Part shown: piece after piece, positions 59,931 to 64,000 of the stretch
Numbering within the stretch: position 1 is the stretch's first letter
How the letters are laid out: the number at the start of each line of letters is the position of its first letter
NCBI RefSeq assembly: GCF_009914755.1
Contig: NC_060942.1
Length of the DNA: 64,000 bases
DNA from: the human T2T-CHM13v2.0 reference genome, Homo sapiens
Strand: one strand, 5' to 3'
Translations under genes and position numbers: made by a program
Notes under the pieces: generated by a model
Told to the model about the DNA's origin: nothing
What the model saw: only the letters and a program-made list of their open reading frames with translations
Database searches by the model: none

Positions 59931-61254
59931 AAATAGGAACAGCTCAGGTCTGCAGCTCCCAGTGAGACTAATGCAGAAGGTGGGTGATTTCTGCATTTCC
60001 AACTGAGGCACCGGGTTCATCTCATTGGGACTGGTTAGACAGTGGGTGCAGCCCATGGAGGGTGAGCAGAAGCAGCGTGGGACGTCACCTCACCTTGGAA
60101 GTGCAAGGGGTCAGGGAACTCCCTCCCCTAGCCAAGGGAAGTCATGAGGGACTGTGCCATGAACGACAGTGCTATTTAGCCCAGACACTATGCTTTTCCC
60201 ACAGTCCTCACAACTCACAAACCAGGAGATTCCCTCGGGTGCCTACACCACCAGGGCCCTGGCTTTCAAGCACAAAACTAGGCGGCCATTTGGGCAGACG
60301 CTGACCTAGCTGCAGGAGTTTTTTTTCGTACCCCAGTGGCACCTGGAACACCAGCAAGACAGAACCTTCACTCCCCTGAAAAGGGGGCTGAAGCCAGGGA
60401 GCTGAGTGGCCTTGCTCAGTGGATCCCACCCCCACAGAGTCCAACAAACTAAAATCCACTGGCTTGAAATTCTCACTGCCAGCACAGCAGTCTGAAGTCG
60501 ACCTGGGACACTCTAGCTTGGCGAGGAAAGGGGCATCTGCCATTACTGAGGACTGATAGGTGGTTTTCCCCTCACAGTGTAAACAAAGCCACCTGGAAGT
60601 TCAGACTGGGTGGAGCCCACCACAGCACCACAAAGCCACTGCAGCCAGACTGCCTCTCTAGATTCCTCCTCTCTGGGCAGGGCATCTCTGAAAGAAAGGC
60701 AGCAGCCCCAATCAGGGGCTTATAGATAAAACTCCCATCTCCCTGGGATAGAGCACCTAGGGGAAGGGGTGGCTGTGGGCGCAGCTTCAGCAGACTTAAA
60801 CATTCCCGCCTGCCAGCTCTGAAGAGAGCAGCGGATCTCCCAGCACAGCGCTCGAGCTCTGCTAAAGGATAGACTGCCTCCTCAAGTGTGTCCCTGACCC
60901 CCGTGCCTCCTGATGGGGAGACAGACACCTCCCAGCAGGGGTCGACAGACACCCTATAAAGGAGAGCTCTGGCTGGCATCTGGCAGGTGCCCCCTTGGGA
61001 CTACGCTTCCAGAGGAAGGAGCAGGCAGCAATCTTTGCTGTTCTGCAGCCTCTGCTGGTAATACCCAGGCAAATAGGGTCTGGAGTGGACCTCCAGCAAA
61101 CTCCAGCAGACCTGCAGAAGAGGGGACTAACTGTCAGAAGGGAAACTAACAAATAGAAAGGAATAGCATCAACATCAACAAAAAGAACAATCACGCAAAA
61201 ACCCCTTCCAAAGGTCACCAACATCAAAGACCGAAGGTAGATAAATCCATGAAG

Positions 61255-62253
61255 ATGAGGAAAAACCAGTGCAGAAAAGGCTGAAAATTCCAAAAATCAG
61301 AATGCCTCTTCTCCTCCAAAGGATCATAACTCCTTGCCAGCAAGGGAAAAAACTGGACAGAGAATGAGTTTGACAAATTGACAGAAGTAGGCTTCAGAAG
61401 GTGGGTAATAACAAACTTCTCAGAGCTAAAGGAGCATGTTCTAATCCAACGCAAGGAAGCTAAGAACCTTGATATAAGGTTACAGGAACTGCTAACTAGA
61501 ATAAGCAGTTTAGAGAAGAACATAAACGACCTGATGGAGCTGAAAAACACAGCACAAGAACTTTGTGAAGCATATACAAGTATCAATAGCTGAATTGATC
61601 AAGCAGAAGAAAGTATATCAGAGATCAAAGATCAACTAAATGAAATAAAGTATGAAGACAAGATTAGAGAAAAAGGAATGAAAAGGAATGAACAAAGCCT
61701 CCAAGAAATATGGGACTATGTAAAAAGACCAAACCTATGCTTGATTGGTGTACCTGAAAGTGACAGGGAGAATGGAACAAAGTTGGAAAACACACTTCAG
61801 GATGTTATCCAGAACTTCCCCAACCTAGCAAGATAGGCCAACATTCAAAATTCAAAAAATACAGAGAACACCACAAAGATACTCCTCGAGAAAAGCAACC
61901 CCAAGACACATAATCATCAGATTCATCAAAGTTGAAATGAAGGAAAAAAAATTTTAAGAGCAGCCAGAGAGAAAGGTCGGGTTACCCACAAAGGGAAGCC
62001 CATCAGACTATAAGCCAGAAGAGAGCGGGGGCCAATATTCGACATTCTTAAAGAGAAGAATTTTCAACCCAGAATTTTATATCCAGCCAAAGTAAGCTTC
62101 ATAAGTGAAGGAGTAATAAAATCCTTTACAGACAAGCAAATGCTAATGGATTTTGTCACTACCAGGCCTGCCTTACAAGAGCTCCTGAAGGACGCACTAA
62201 ATATGGAAAGGAAAAACCGGTACCAGCCATTGCAAAAACATACCAAAATGTAA
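61255..62253 (+). pseudogene. Disrupted L1 ORF1
   Basis: ATGAGGAAAAACCAG start; TEVGFRRWVITNFSELKEHV remnant; premature TGA at 61591; frameshifts; a short deletion at ~62010; ends ..CATACCAAAATGTAA. Confidence 0.88.
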
Positions 62254-62317
62254 AGACCCATTGACACTATGAAGCAACTGCATCAACTAATGGGCAAAAT
62301 AACCAGCTAGCATCATA

Positions 62318-64000
<1,683 letters not shown>

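Overview
Repeat-dense, non-coding primate genomic DNA. AluY, L1PA and THE1/MST elements indicate an Old World monkey or ape genome, probably human. I found no credible cellular exon, RNA gene, CpG island or CRISPR array. Nearly all listed ORFs are Alu-, L1- or LTR-derived, low-complexity, or chance ORFs. Main contents: an old L1MA-type LINE with both ends and a TSD (586-9707, minus), carrying an AluY, a complete THE1 element and an internal ORF2 deletion; three 5'-truncated L1PA copies with TSDs; the 5' 4 kb of a full-length L1PA7/8-like element at the window end; about ten Alus; many solo LTRs (MLT1, MLT2, MST, MER66-like, MER4, MER74, MER31); two DNA transposons (Tigger3b, MER1A); and a 35 x 16-bp minisatellite. 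I cannot support a new biological system here. The best candidates for a second look are: a twin-primed L1 whose inverted piece comes from ORF1; a minisatellite with 15 RUNX-type sites; a tandem expansion inside an LTR next to RFX and octamer motifs; identical G-tract substitutions in two L1s; and a hairpin/palindrome cluster in unique sequence near 57.6 kb. Subfamily names come from my recall of consensus sequences, not from a RepeatMasker run.
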